DNA from: Euglena gracilis
Lineage: Eukaryota
Direction of reading: 5' to 3'
Assembly (NCBI GenBank): GCA_039621445.1
Contig: CP154954.1
Location: 18,958,642 to 19,022,641, forward strand
DNA: 64,000 nt
Shown one piece after another: positions 1-11,600 of the stretch; positions within the stretch are counted from its first letter, which is position 1; each line of letters starts with the position of its first letter. The position numbers and the translations under genes were made by a program. Below the pieces are notes generated by a model. The model searched no databases. It was not told the origin of the DNA and saw only the letters and a list, made by a program, of their open reading frames with translations.

Positions 1-1266
1 CATGGGCGGCGTCGCCTGCTTGCTATCGGGGGATCGGATTCCGCATCACTGTCGACGTTCACCATGTCACCCAGGGTGCCATCGAGGTCCACATAGGAAG
101 TCGAGGAGACACTGCTGCAGTCATCTTCTGCCGTCGAGGTCTGCATGCCCAGAGCCCATGAATTCTGACGAGGTGGTTCAGGTTGTCCGGCCGCAGCTAT
201 TTTTGTACTCAGTGAACGTTCATCCTCGTCACGGCCCATTGTACCACTTCTCTTCTGCCCCAATCTGGGCTTTCTATTCTTGTGTCTAGGACCTCCACTT
301 CCCGCAGTGCCTTTTGCAGGGGAAATGGGCTGGGGCTCGGGCTGTCTTTTGCAGGCGATCAGAGACACCTTCTTGATGTTTCTTGATCTATGACTTCAGC
401 ATTTGGAGAGCCTGAGGAATGTTGAGAGTGAACATGTGAAAAAAGGAGAGTGTCCTTACCTTCAACTGGACCAAAAAGTTCCAAGCTCGATAGGTAACCA
501 GGATGGTCTCTCTGAAGACAGGGAATGAGCTGTGGAGAGCAGGAAAGACAGCAACACACCAGTCCTCCTCACTGCCACAAATAAAATTCTGCTGCGTTCC
601 TTCTGTCGCTCCTTCAGGTTCGGTCACAGCTTCCCCTTGAAAAAGAAGAAAACCGGAAGGAGATTGCCGTAGAAAGTCGCAAACAAAAAAGTACGCCCGG
701 TTTAAGTCGCCAAGCATTCTGCGATAGAACGCGACGAGAAGGAAGAGGTTTCGCTCGGGCTTTTCAGACTTTTCGGCCGTGCTCTTTACTCAGACACCTC
801 GGGCTCCGCACTTTGCCCTTGTGAGGCCATGCCTTGTTCGCTGGATCAAAAGTTCCTCGGATCCCCTTCCTCCCCTGTCGGTTTGCCTCGAGGGAGTGCG
901 GCATCCCTGAATGCGACTTTGTTCGCGTTTGAAGTGCTTTTGGAATTGTGTTCAGGTGGACTCTTTTTTATTGATGACGCAAGGTGTGAGGCCGGCTCGC
1001 CGCCTCACAAGGTCTTTGTTCTTCGCCCTCGGTGTCCCTTCCTCCCTGGTCGGTTTGCCTCGAGGGAGTGTGAAACAGCACGCTAAACAGAGACCATTAA
1101 AAATTTTGAGACAGTCTGCGAGGGGTATCGAGAGCGTCCTCGACAGAGTTAAAGGTCGCCCGCAAGGGATCGAGGGCGTCGTGCGCTGTCCCTGGGCTTC
1201 GAATTGCACCCCCCCCCCCCGGTCCTGTTTCTGTAAAAGCCTGAAAAAGATGTCCGCCCCACCATT

Positions 1267-1626
1267 GAGTACTCCCGGGAAGTCTGACCAGGGAGGAAGT
1301 GACCATGAGGGCGGAGCACAAGAGGGGGGTGAGATCCTGCTTTGAGTGCCCGATGTTTTGTTGTGTTTGTGTTCTTCTTGGCGGGGTGCTTCTTACTGCG
1401 AATTTGGTGCCGGAGTCGGCGGTGATGTGCTCTTCGACACCGACTTGGCGAAGGTGAACCTCAGTGGCTCCCCGTCCCTTCGATGTATGTGGGTCCGTTT
1501 CCGCCACCCCCCCCCTCCCCTGATGGGGATGCTTTCCTTTTTCGGGTGGGTGTGGTGGGCTCACCCCCCTCTTGTGCTCTGCCCTCATGATCACTTCCTC
1601 CCTGGTCAGACTTCACGGGAGTACTC
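1267..1626. repeat. About 66-bp inverted repeat (stem-loop), possible DIRS terminal/internal complementary region; duplicated at about 16009-16370
   Basis: gagtactcccgggaagtctgaccagggaggaagtgaccatgagggcggagcacaagagggggg (1267-1333) is the reverse complement of 1560-1626 with few mismatches. The loop segment 1325-1420 has an inverted homologue at about 21555-21650. Confidence 0.8.
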
Positions 1627-1720
1627 GACCATTCGGGCTCCGCACACTCTGGGGGTGAGACTTTGTGCACGACCCCTTTTTCAATTTTTTTCTTGCTGAA
1701 TCCACCGCCCCCAATCGTAA

Positions 1721-1941
1721 GTAAACCGCCCCAATAGCACCCCCCCCCCAAATAACACCCCCCCCCCAAATAACCCCCCCGCCTCGGGGGCCGATTTCGA
1801 GCGCCAAAATAACACACCCCCCTGTTTTCCTTTGGTTTTCCATGTAATAATAACACCCCCCCAAATAACACCCCCCCCCTGGGGCCCCAGTTCGGGTGCC
1901 CAAATAACACACCGGGGGGGTGTTATTTGGGGGGGGTTTAA
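1721..1941. mobile_element. Palindromic MITE-like element, family gtaaac-cccccc-aaataa (also 16465-16686)
   Basis: Repeated ccccccaaataacacccc motifs on the left and inverted gggggtgttatttgggggg-tttaa on the right. Relatives at 23962-24344 and 50371-50799. Confidence 0.6.
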
Positions 1942-2939
1942 TGTGCTGAAAAAGCTGTGGTTTTTTTCCTTTGACCAAGTTCGCACACCTCCTCACTGGA
2001 CAATCCCAGTTTTTTGTACATCAAAACTCCTGCCCCCCCCCCCCTGGTGCTGTGGGCTTTCCAGTGGGAAATTGGAATGCAAAATGTTTCCAACAACTCT
2101 TTGTCAAAAAGTTGATCCTATTGGATGTCAAGGTTTTTTTGCCATCCAAGCTCCACAACAGAGGGGGCTTGACACCAGCCTTCTCCAGACATTCTATGTC
2201 TCGTTTTCCCATTCCAACAGGAGTCAAGAGGTTCAAGTTCAAATATGGCAAAGGCAAAGTCTATGGCATCCAATTCAAGTCTGGGAGAGGAAAGGGCTAT
2301 GGCAGCCAGTGGAAACCAGGGTGGTCCAAAGGTTCGGAATCCTCTCTTGAAAATGTCATTCCACGGCTTATGTCCTCAGGAAAGGCAAGGGGAAGGGATG
2401 AAGCATCAAAGTCCCTAGGAGGAGGGGCACCCAGCCAGAGTGAAGCCCAGATGGAATCAGGGAGAGCAAGCCCCCTCTGCCCAAGAAGGGCAAGCCAGAC
2501 CAAAGATTGATCATGGGAGAGAGCCCCCAGCCGAGCCAAGGAGAATGGGCAAGCTCCCAGCTGACCCCTGACCAGATATCCTATCCAGACTGGCAAGGGG
2601 TCCTGGAAGGAGTGAAATGGCCCCACCACAGTCCCCCCCCCCCCAGTGCAGTTGGAGGAAGGAATCATTCAGGGGCTTGAATTCACAGAACTGGTGCCAT
2701 TGTTTCAGAGATTGAGGACATGTCTGCCATGGTGGCAGAAACATGCAAACCGGTGGGTGGTGTCCCTAATTCAAAATGGGGTTCAACCAGACCACCCCTT
2801 ACCCCAACTACTGTCAAGAAGACAGCAACAAAAGTCAGCTCAGGACATCAGCCTGGCTTCAGAAATCCTGAGGGAGTACCAAGAAAGTGGGTTAACCATA
2901 AAATTGTAAATGCCACAGGCACTGCCCATCTGGAACCCT

Positions 2940-3460
2940 GGTTTGTGTTGTCAGAACCAGAAGGGGAGGGGGTCAAACATTGACTTATCACCGACTGTCG
3001 AGATCTAAATCAATTTTGCTGTCTAGAAAGGTTCACTTTGGAAAACATGACCACCATTTTCCCCAAAGGGGACTGGGCAGTAAAACTAGATTGCCTACTT
3101 TCATCTGGATCTGGAAAAAAAATTCAGAAAATATATGTCAGAATTCAGGTGGGCCCAGACCTGTGGGAGATTCAGGGGGCATGTTTCGGACTAAGCACCC
3201 TCCCAAAATTGTTCATGTCAACAATGAAAGTCATGCAAAAACTGTGGAGATCAGTGTTTGTTTATTTGGACGACATCGTTCTGTTTGGTTCAGCAGAAAA
3301 TCTGGTCAAAAGACATTTGTTGACCATGCTGAAAACCTTAGGGGAGGCTGGGTTCAAGATCAGCCGGAAAACGTCTGTGTTAACACCAACCCAAAGATTA
3401 CAACATCATCGTCGATCTGGTCGGGTTCATCGTCGATCTGGAAGAAGGTCAACTGGAGGT
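2940..3460 (+). pseudogene. DIRS reverse transcriptase (frameshifted)
   Basis: EPWFVL..K.RLITDCRDLN, WAVKLD, ACFGLSTLP, YLDD and LGEAGFKISRKTSVLTPTQ motifs spread over several frames. Confidence 0.88.
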
Positions 3461-4100
3461 GCCCCCCCACAAATTAAAATCCACCAGAAAGGAATTAGGC
3501 AAGGTGATTCTGACCCAGAAATTAAGTCGCAGAAAAATTGCCAGCATTCTGGGACAAATCAGAAGTTACCTCCCAGCTCTGCCATTTTTGCAGTTAGTAA
3601 CCCTAGAACTGTTAAAGTTCAGCCAGCTGAATCAGGAAAAAGGCTGGGATTTTGCATCGGCATTCCAAAAAAAACTGAAGGAGGAAATAAAATTTCTAAA
3701 GACATATCTGCAGCCAGGCTTGAGCAGACCTTTTCTCCAGCAGGCAAAAAGGGTACTGCACTCAGACTCCTCCACATGGGCATGGGGGGGGGTGGACTCC
3801 TCCCAAAACAAAGTCATACAAGAGTTTTGGCGGGAGCAAAATTGTTTGCATATCAATGTAAAAGAGTTGATGGCAGCAGTGCACACAGTGAAAGCCTTTG
3901 CAAAGCTTGGAGAAACTGTTCGGCTAAACGTGGACAATCAGGTGGCTCTAAGTTATCTCACCAAATTGGGGGGGGGCAAAAAAAACAGCAACTCAATCAT
4001 TTTTCGAACCTCTGTTTCGCTGGTGTTTGAAAAACCAAGTTCAGCTGCAGGTCCAGTGGGTAACCTCCTCAGAAATGTTGGCAGACCCCCTCACAAGGTG
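3459..4100 (+). pseudogene. DIRS RNase H domain
   Basis: D(SS)...E(LMA)...D(NQ)...(LA)D acidic tetrad in DIRS-like context, with one frameshift. Confidence 0.85.
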
Positions 4101-4560
4101 GGATCAGGACAGGGGGGATTATACACTGTGCCCAGGCCTGTTCAGGGATGTTCTAAAATTTTTCAGAAGGAAAATTTCCCCAGACACAGACATGTTTGCA
4201 TCTCCAGGAAATACCAAATTCCAGAAATTTGTGGCCAGATGGCCCCACCACAAACCATTTCTGGTAGATGCCCTGAAATGCGACCTGTACTCAGTAACAG
4301 AGGTTTATGCCAATCCTCCCTGGAAAGGCATCTTTCCTTGGCTCATCAGGCTGAGACTTAACAGGGAAGGGAAATGACTTTTGGTGACACCCATGTGGGT
4401 TTCCAGTCCATGGTGGCCTCTATTAATCAAATGTCAAAGCCTGGGACAAGAATGTTAGTCACTCCCCCCAGGGAGCGTATGTTCAAGAACTGTTGGGGGC
4501 AATCAATGCCAAAGCCAAAGTGGCCCCTGGTTTGCACCATTGTATCAGGTTCCTTTGGAA
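4100..4560 (+). pseudogene. DIRS-borne DNA N6-adenine methyltransferase (Dam-like) domain
   Basis: DMFASPGNTKF...VDAL...YANPPW matches the DxFAS/NPP(F/W) signature of the DIRS MT domain, immediately downstream of RNase H. Confidence 0.82.
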
Positions 4561-4700
4561 CAGCAAAAAGTGCCACATCAAGACATCGAAAATGTCCTGA
4601 GGACTTTGGGACCCCTAAAGCGGTATAACAGTGCCTTCAGAAAATTGTTTGTCATCTTGCAACAAAAAGGATTAGAGCCGTTGCAAGTCTCCAGGATGGA

Positions 4701-7043
4701 CACATATGGCATAAAGTGGAGCCCCCACACTTAAGTGTGGGGTATTGGGGGGGGTATGTGTGGGGGGGGTGGAGGGTGTTGGGGGGTGTGTGGGGGGGGG
4801 TGTGGGGGGGGTGTGGGGTGTGAGCGCGGGCCAGATTTGAGATTTATTTTGGTAAGAGATGCCACCAGAAATTAGGCATTGCCTCACAGAGATTTTGGGG
4901 AATTACATTTTTCACAGGCAAGCTGGCAAACAGTGTACAAGTTTGCGTGGGACTCTGAACTGGATTCAAGTATCAAGTCTTGTCTTCTGGGGTGCTGTGT
5001 GGGGAAGTTTGGGAAGAAGACCCCTGAAGACTGAAAATTTGGTTTTGGCCAGAAGTCTGATGTGGTGAAATTATCTGGACACACTGGACCATCCCCCAAC
5101 TTGCACAAACTTGTAGGAGATTTGCAGTGCAGAAAAGCCCCGTACAAACGTACCTGTGGAGCCGGGGACACTCAGAAGTGAAAAGGCATGGAAGTGGCAG
5201 GCCAGCTCAGCAGCAGAAGGGGGACAAGGCAGAGGAAAGCACCAGTTGGCACACAGTGAGATGCTGTGTTGGGCCACCATGATCAACTCTCCAGATCAAG
5301 CTAGCAGCAGGTGATCCTGGAGTTGGTGCTGCTGTGGATCTTGGTTGGAGCCTGGGCTGAAGGACAGACGAATGTCAATCACAGCCCGCCATCATCATCA
5401 ATAATCTCAATCTCCAAAATGTCTGTCAAGATGTCATTTCAGGGTCAAGTTCAAGTCAAGATGTCAAGTTCAATTTCAAGATCCCAAGGAATCTGTGGTG
5501 GAAGAAAGTTGTCATGTCAAGATTTCAATTTCCCAAGGTCAATCTGTGGAGGATCCAAGGTGTGATGTCCAAGATTTCAAGTTCCCAAGTTCAAGATGTC
5601 AAGTTTCAACGTCATTGGTCAATTACCCCCTGGAGATTTCGGCGCGAGGAGCCTGACCTCGTAAAAAACAGTGATCAGGGTTGTGCAACAGCCCTACAAA
5701 CGCACATCTGGTGGCCATCTTCGAGTTCGTCTACCTGTTGCTGCTGTGATGGCTGTGGTGTGTGCCGCCTCCCCGTTCGGTGCTGGGCCGCTTCAAGGGG
5801 GCTCTGCTCCGGTTTGGCTCGGCGGGGGTCGCCGAAGCCCCGGCTGGACCCCATGGGGGGTCATGTTGTACGGGGTAGGTCGTACGACATGGCTCTCTAA
5901 GGTGGAAAGGCTGGGGTGGAGGTAGGCGGGCCCCACATGGTATTTATCTGTGGATTTGGACATGTTTACAATTATCTGTGGATTCGAAGATTTGGCAATT
6001 TAAATTCGAGAACCGCCATTCGTCACTTTTCCATGTCGCTGCTGCGTGTGTGTGTGTGTGTGTGTTGAATTTTTATCTCCGGCCCGCTCATTTTTTACTT
6101 CCGTTTTGGACAATTGCCTGGCAATTGTTTTTGGGAAGGGGGGTGTGAGCGCGGGCCAGATTTGAGATTTATTTTGGTAAGAGATGCCAGCAGAAATTAG
6201 GCATTGCCTCACAGAGATTTTGGGGAATTACATTTTTCACAGGCAAGCTGGCAAACAGTGTACAAGTTTGCGTGGGACTCTGAACTGGATTCAAAGTATC
6301 AAGTCTTGTCTTCTGGGGTGCTGTGTGGGGAAGTTTGGGAAGAAGACCCCTGAAGACTGAAAAGTTGGTTTTGGCCAGAAGTCTGATGTGGTGAAATTAT
6401 CTGGACACACTGGACCATCCCCCAACTTGCAGGGGGGGGTGTGTGGGGGGGGTGTGGGGGGGTGTGTGGGGGGGGGTAGTGTGGGGGTGTGTGTAGGGGG
6501 GGGGTGTGGGGGGTGTGGGGAGGTGTGTGGGGGGGTGTGGGGGGGTGTTGTGGGGGTGTGAGGGGGTGCCAAATCTGAGGAAACTGGATCTTCGTTCCCT
6601 TGCCTTGCACACACAAGGGGATGATGTTATTTTGGTTCTGGGGGGTCCGGCCCCCCCCCCCCTGGACGAGGCCGAAGGCCGCGGCGCGACGAGGCCGAAG
6701 GCCGAGTAAGTCAAAAAAATGACACCCGAACAGTTGCACACATTCAACTTGGGTTTCAAAAAGAATCAGGCTGTTGCTCACCAATGGTACTGTAAACCAA
6801 AAAAGAGGATATTATTTCCCTTGCCTTGCACACACAAGTGGATGATGTTATTTTGGTTCTGGGGGGGGTCCGCCCCCCTCCCCCCCGGGCCGCGGCCGAA
6901 GGCCGCGGCACGACGAGGTCGAAGGCCGAGTAAGTCAAAAAAATGACACCCGAACAGTTGCGCACATTCAACTTGGGTTTCAAAAAGAATCAGGCTGTTG
7001 CTCACCCATGGTACTGTGGGGGCTCCACTTTATGCCATCACTC
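4701..7043. mobile_element. TIR element (hAT-like MITE) inserted in the DIRS YR ORF, with 8-bp TSD; contains two ~200-bp direct repeats and a nested LTR element
   Basis: TIR atggcataaagtggagcccccaca (4706-4729) / tgtgggggctccactttatgccat (7015-7038). TSD aggatgga (4693-4700) / agaatgga (7044-7051). Removal restores ...LQVSRMELATAL... Confidence 0.88.
4819..6431 (+). mobile_element. Non-autonomous LTR retroelement (TRIM/LARD-like), very recent
   Basis: LTRs 4819-5105 and 6144-6431 both start TG and end CA, differing by 2 substitutions and 1 indel. Polypurine tract gggaagggggg directly before the 3' LTR. No coding capacity seen. Absent from duplicate copy 2. Confidence 0.85.
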
Positions 7044-9399
7044 AGAATGGAGTTGGCCACTGCTTTGTGGGACCTGCATAAACTTTCACAGGCTGATGCT
7101 CGCTGTGCATACGCCTCTCTCCAGTATTTGCCTGGGTTGGAGTCCATTCGTTTTAATCCTCTACTCACAACAGTAAAAAAGGAATGGAATCGTTCAGTTC
7201 AGAGGTATGCTGCTTTTTGGGACTCCCTACCCATTTTGCAGAAATTGCTGAGTGCACAACTGGTTTCAGAGATGCCACTTGTAGAGCTCAGCTGGAGAAT
7301 CATTTTGTCCTTCAGACTTCTGGCTCTCCACATGGGGGTGGATTTAGCAAGACAACGGAGGACCATTTCAGTGGTTGGTGAAAAAATCTAAAATAGCAGC
7401 AGTGAGGGGTCAAAGCCTGACCTTCGGCTCCACATTTCCCCCAAGTGAGGTCGACTGTAAACCACCCCTAATAATCAGACTGAAGGCCCCACACACCCCA
7501 TGTGCCCAGGTAAACCTTTTGGTGGCCAAAAATCGACAATTGAGATGTTTTTTGGGGTCATCTTTACTCTGGGGACGGAGGTTCCACCTAACATTTTTTG
7601 TCGTGCCTCTAGTTTTCTTGGCCACCTAACCTCTTATAGTGGGAAAAGTATTCTTCAACAGCTTTCCACTGCCCAGTTTCACATATTTTTCTGAGCTCAA
7701 CCCCAGTTATTCTCGTCACTTTAACTCCTGTCCCTGGTGGAATGCGGCTCGAATACGACAATGAACTCCAAAGGGCACTGAATTATTTTGGTTAACGACG
7801 ACAAAGAGTCTGCCCTGATTCCACTGAAGGCGGCTTGGAGGGTCAAAAAGAACAGCTCTCCTTGGGATGAAATAGTGGTTGTGAGAGAGACGTTCTCCCG
7901 CAACACGTGCAATGGTGAGATTTGAGCAATTTTTGGAAAAAACCTCAGTCTTTTCTCCTTTCTGCTGTTTGACCATTTCTCCTTATCTTTACATAGTGAA
8001 TCGAACATAATAATTTTGCAATCATTTTCATTTGTGCTAAACCAGAAGATTTGAGCAACATAAAGTGTCTAAACGCCGGGAGCAAATGCAAACGTAACTC
8101 TGACAGGTTGTGATCAAGTGTGGTAAAGGAAAATGAGGCCAGATGTCTCCGAAAGCAGAGGCCAGGAATACAATAAAGCGCCATGTTTCTGAATATTTTT
8201 GTTCCACGCTTTTTTCTTTAAGGGTTCGAAGGGGATGAAATTTAAACTTCTCCCTAACTCCTGGCAGAAGTCACACCAGCTGAGTACCCTAAACCATTCT
8301 ATTTGGTTAATGGCCGGGCTCCTTCGGAACCAATTTGGGCGGGAGAACAATTAGCGTGGTTACCTTGAACATTATAAAATTTGGCTTGCCAGTTTTGAAT
8401 AGACCTGAGATCTTTACCCTGCACGGTTTGGACTGTAAAACCGAAAAGTGGCTCGGAATCTAGGCAGAGGCGGAGTGTTTGGGTGCAATTTTTGATGCGT
8501 TTTGTCGTCATGTTTAGCTCAAAATAGTACCTTTGGGTCTGGGAGGCAAAAGAACATCGTTTTAGGCAGTTTTTGTCTTCAGATTTATCTCGAGTTTTTT
8601 TCGACCTGCTTTTGACATCAAACCCATGAGTTTCAAGCCAAATTGGGGGGGCCAAGTTGGTGGAAAAGCTCGTCTTCGGCTCAAAAAACAGTTTTTTTCT
8701 GGGTTGGAGAGGCCGAAAAACATGGTATTGGACAAAAATGTGTTCAACTTTTTTTGACTTCTTGACCAAAAGCTGGCGTAAAAAGGCAACGTCAAAGCAA
8801 GCCAACGCTGAACAGAACGGCCGAGAGTGGCCAAAAAGAGCAAAATTGGCCAAAATAGCCGTACCTTGGACTGGGCGAGGAGCTGCAAAGCAATCTCAAT
8901 TATGTTAGATAGGACAATTTAATGGCTTCATTTTGAGGTCTGCGGACATTTCCATTGATTCCTAACCACTTTTGAGAAGTTTTTGAAAACGGATTTCTTG
9001 AACCAAAAAAAGGACAAAAGATGGCTAGGTCGCAGGCTGGCCGCGCTTTTTTGGGCAATAAATCAGCCAGGTTGCGAGGTAGGCTGGGGATTGTCGGGAA
9101 CACAAAATTCGGTTAAATAGGGCGTTCCAAGGGCTTTTGCGGACATTTCCTAGGATTTTGCTTCATTTTTTTGATAATTTAAAAAAACGATTTTTTGTCC
9201 CTGGAAAAAACCCCAAGACGGCCCCATAGTTAGGCAACATTTGGCCAAACATGGCCGTACGTCGGGTTAAACGAAGGGTTGAGGGAACCGTAAAGCATGG
9301 TTTGATAGAGCGTTCCAAGTTCTTCATTTTTGCTGTCTGGACAGCATGGTGCTGACTGCCCAAAAGGTGACCACCATCAAAACTTTTCCTTTGGGAAAA

Positions 9400-11600
9400 A
9401 GCTGTAGCCTGGCAGGAAATTAGTGAATGTTGAACCACGTGAGGTTAGCATACAACTTCCCGAGGCTTTCTAGATGGCACCGTAGAGCACATGTTACCTT
9501 TGCCTCCCAATGTTGCCATCTGGACGTAAAATTTGCAAGGTTTTGTTTCCTGGGGCGGCAAAAGGACCTGTTTGGAATGTGATGAAGGGTTGGAAATCTT
9601 TTCCAGGATGATGAATCATTTTTTTGTCCAAGGTGTAATCCCCCGCTGTCCTGTCCCCGTCTGCTGAGGGGGTCTGCCAGGTTTTGGCTGGAGGGGACCC
9701 ATTTTACCTCCAGGGTGTCATTTTTCAGGTCAGCCAATGAAAAAGTGGTTGAAAAACTCCATTGAAAGGGTTCTTTACCCTCCTTTTGCTCAGAAATAAA
9801 TAATTTCCTGATTGTGCACACATGCAAACTCCTGTGGTTTGCTTTGTAAGGAAATGAGTACGTGAGTGTTTGCTTTGTGAGTAAATGAGTACGGTGCGGT
9901 GATGAGTACGTCCTACAGATATACATACACCTTAATTTCCCTTTCATGCCATCCTTCTTTGAATGCACCGTTAGGCGCTGAAAACCATGAGACATGACGG
10001 GAAACTGGGATTATGTTTCACCCAAAGGGGGCTGCTTGTGACTGCCACACCTGGTCCCACCTTGTGCCTGAAAAAAAGCTTTAGGGTGTTGTTCAGTGGT
10101 ACATTAGCGTATGCATGTTTTACATTAATGTTTGTCCCCAAGTGACCCTTTTTGAAGGAGAGTGGATGCCTCGCATGTGGTCTCGGTAAAGTTTTTACAA
10201 GGAAATATGTGTTTATTTCTCTGCAGTTTGAAATAGAACTCCATTTTGAGTCTCTGAGGTTCTTTTAAGGCAAAACGTCATTTTCTGTTATCTGAGAGTT
10301 CCTGATTTGACACCAGGAAGCAGGGAAGCAGAGGGGCTGTAAACACACTCCTTTTTTTTGATTCTTTCAGAATCTTTTAGGCCCGCTCCAAATTGGAGCC
10401 CTGTGTGCCTGTCACAGACAAAGTTAATGACACTGGGGAACGATCCCGTCCCTGATCAACTTAACGTTGTGAGGGCTGGTATGCTTTCCCCACCATGGCA
10501 AAAAGAGCCTTAATCTCTGTGGGAGAGCTGTGTCCCCACAAGCCATTTCTGCTAGATTCGCCCTTTCCTTAATTGGAATCCTGGGGGTGTTGCCAGACCT
10601 GGGATCCCTTGGGCCTGTGGGGCTGGCTAGTCTACTTAGTGGGCCTGCCGTTGGGTCTCTGCTGCAGCACACCTTGGACGCTGAGCAGGTGTGGCAATGG
10701 AGTTTTCCACTTCCCTCCTGATGAGACAGCTGGGCAGGGATTGCCTCTGCCCTTGTCTTTTCCTGCGTGCTTCGGGCCTTTTCCCGGACCATCCTCCACC
10801 TTTTCCTTTTCTATACTTCTTGAACTTGAATATATCGGTTGGGGAAAGTAAAATAAACGACATTCCCTTGTGGGAAGGGTCAGTGATGGAGGTGGAAGAT
10901 TTGGAAAAAGCTCCAGGGAAGAACTACGTTTGGCTTTGTTGAGCTTCTCCACCTCATTCTGGATCTTTAGATCCTCTGATGAACACAACTTCTGTTCCAT
11001 CTGTTCCACCGAGTGTGAAAGGTAAGCCTTTTGCTCTCCTCGACCAACCATCTGCCCAGTTCCAAAAGATGCCGAATCAACACCACCTTGCCAGCTTGCA
11101 TTCCTTCGTCTATCATTGCATACATCATAGTAAATTTAGAATTATTTGCTGGCTTGACGTCAGCAGCTTGTCCAGCTTGGACGCGGAGCCCTGCCGGTGG
11201 ATGTTGACCTCCGGCTTGTCCTTCGGGCCTTGGAAATCGGGTAAACCTTCGAACAATGAACGGATATCCAAATTAAAAGAGTCCAATTCACGCCAGAGCA
11301 TTACCTTCTCTATCTCCAGGTTCGCGTGCAGGCTGTGGCAGGTTGTCTCCCAATCAACGGGTTCTTCACCCTCCTACTGTTATTCCTCGTTCGTCTTCCT
11401 GCGCTCGGCCGTTCGCGTCCAACGTCACCGCCATCGTGTCTCGAAGTTCACCAGTGGTTCGTCGAAAGTTCAGGCGGGGTAACTCTAAGGATTCCCGGCG
11501 GGGTTCCCGTCCTGATACGCGCGTATCCTGGGCCAGGTTTTTTGACATTTGCTTGAAGGAACTCCGGCCTCCTTGTCTGCGTAAGGCAGAAAGCTACGAA
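9400..11600 (-). mobile_element. Second, more decayed DIRS-type element (gag-like, pre-RT, RNase H end, MT)
   Basis: ALPQRLRLFLPWWGKH...LIRDGI resembles PLFQRLRTCLPWWQKH...LIQNGV of copy 1. VKWVPSSQNLADPLSR matches the RNase H end and FTSRWQHW...LYAN the MT. Gag-like LPDFQGPKDKPEVNIHRQ...DKLL..QQ near 11150-11270. Confidence 0.8.

Larger units (their letters stand above)
1..7389. repeat. Segmental duplication, copy 1 (near-identical to 14747-20517)
   Basis: Position 1 (catgggcggcgtcg) recurs at 14747. ORFs repeat at an offset of about 14.75 kb. Identity ends at ggtgaaaaaatct (7389/20517). Copy 1 carries an extra 1.6-kb LTR insertion. Confidence 0.97.
2050..7389 (+). mobile_element. Degenerate DIRS-type (tyrosine recombinase) retrotransposon, copy 1: gag C-terminus, RT, RNase H, DNA N6-adenine methyltransferase, partial YR
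   Basis: RT: QGACFGLSTLP and VYLDD. RNase H: HSDSSTWAWGG, HINVKELMAA, VDNQVALSYL, LADPLTR. MT: DMFAS and YANPPW. YR-like: RYNSAFRKLF...RYAAFWD...LLALHMGVDLAR. Multiple stops and frameshifts. Confidence 0.9.

Noticed and set aside
3038-4377. Bacterial retron, DGR or RT-methylase defence system
   Set aside because: The RT-RNase H-MT-YR order and motifs fit eukaryotic DIRS retrotransposons; no prokaryotic gene density or operon structure.
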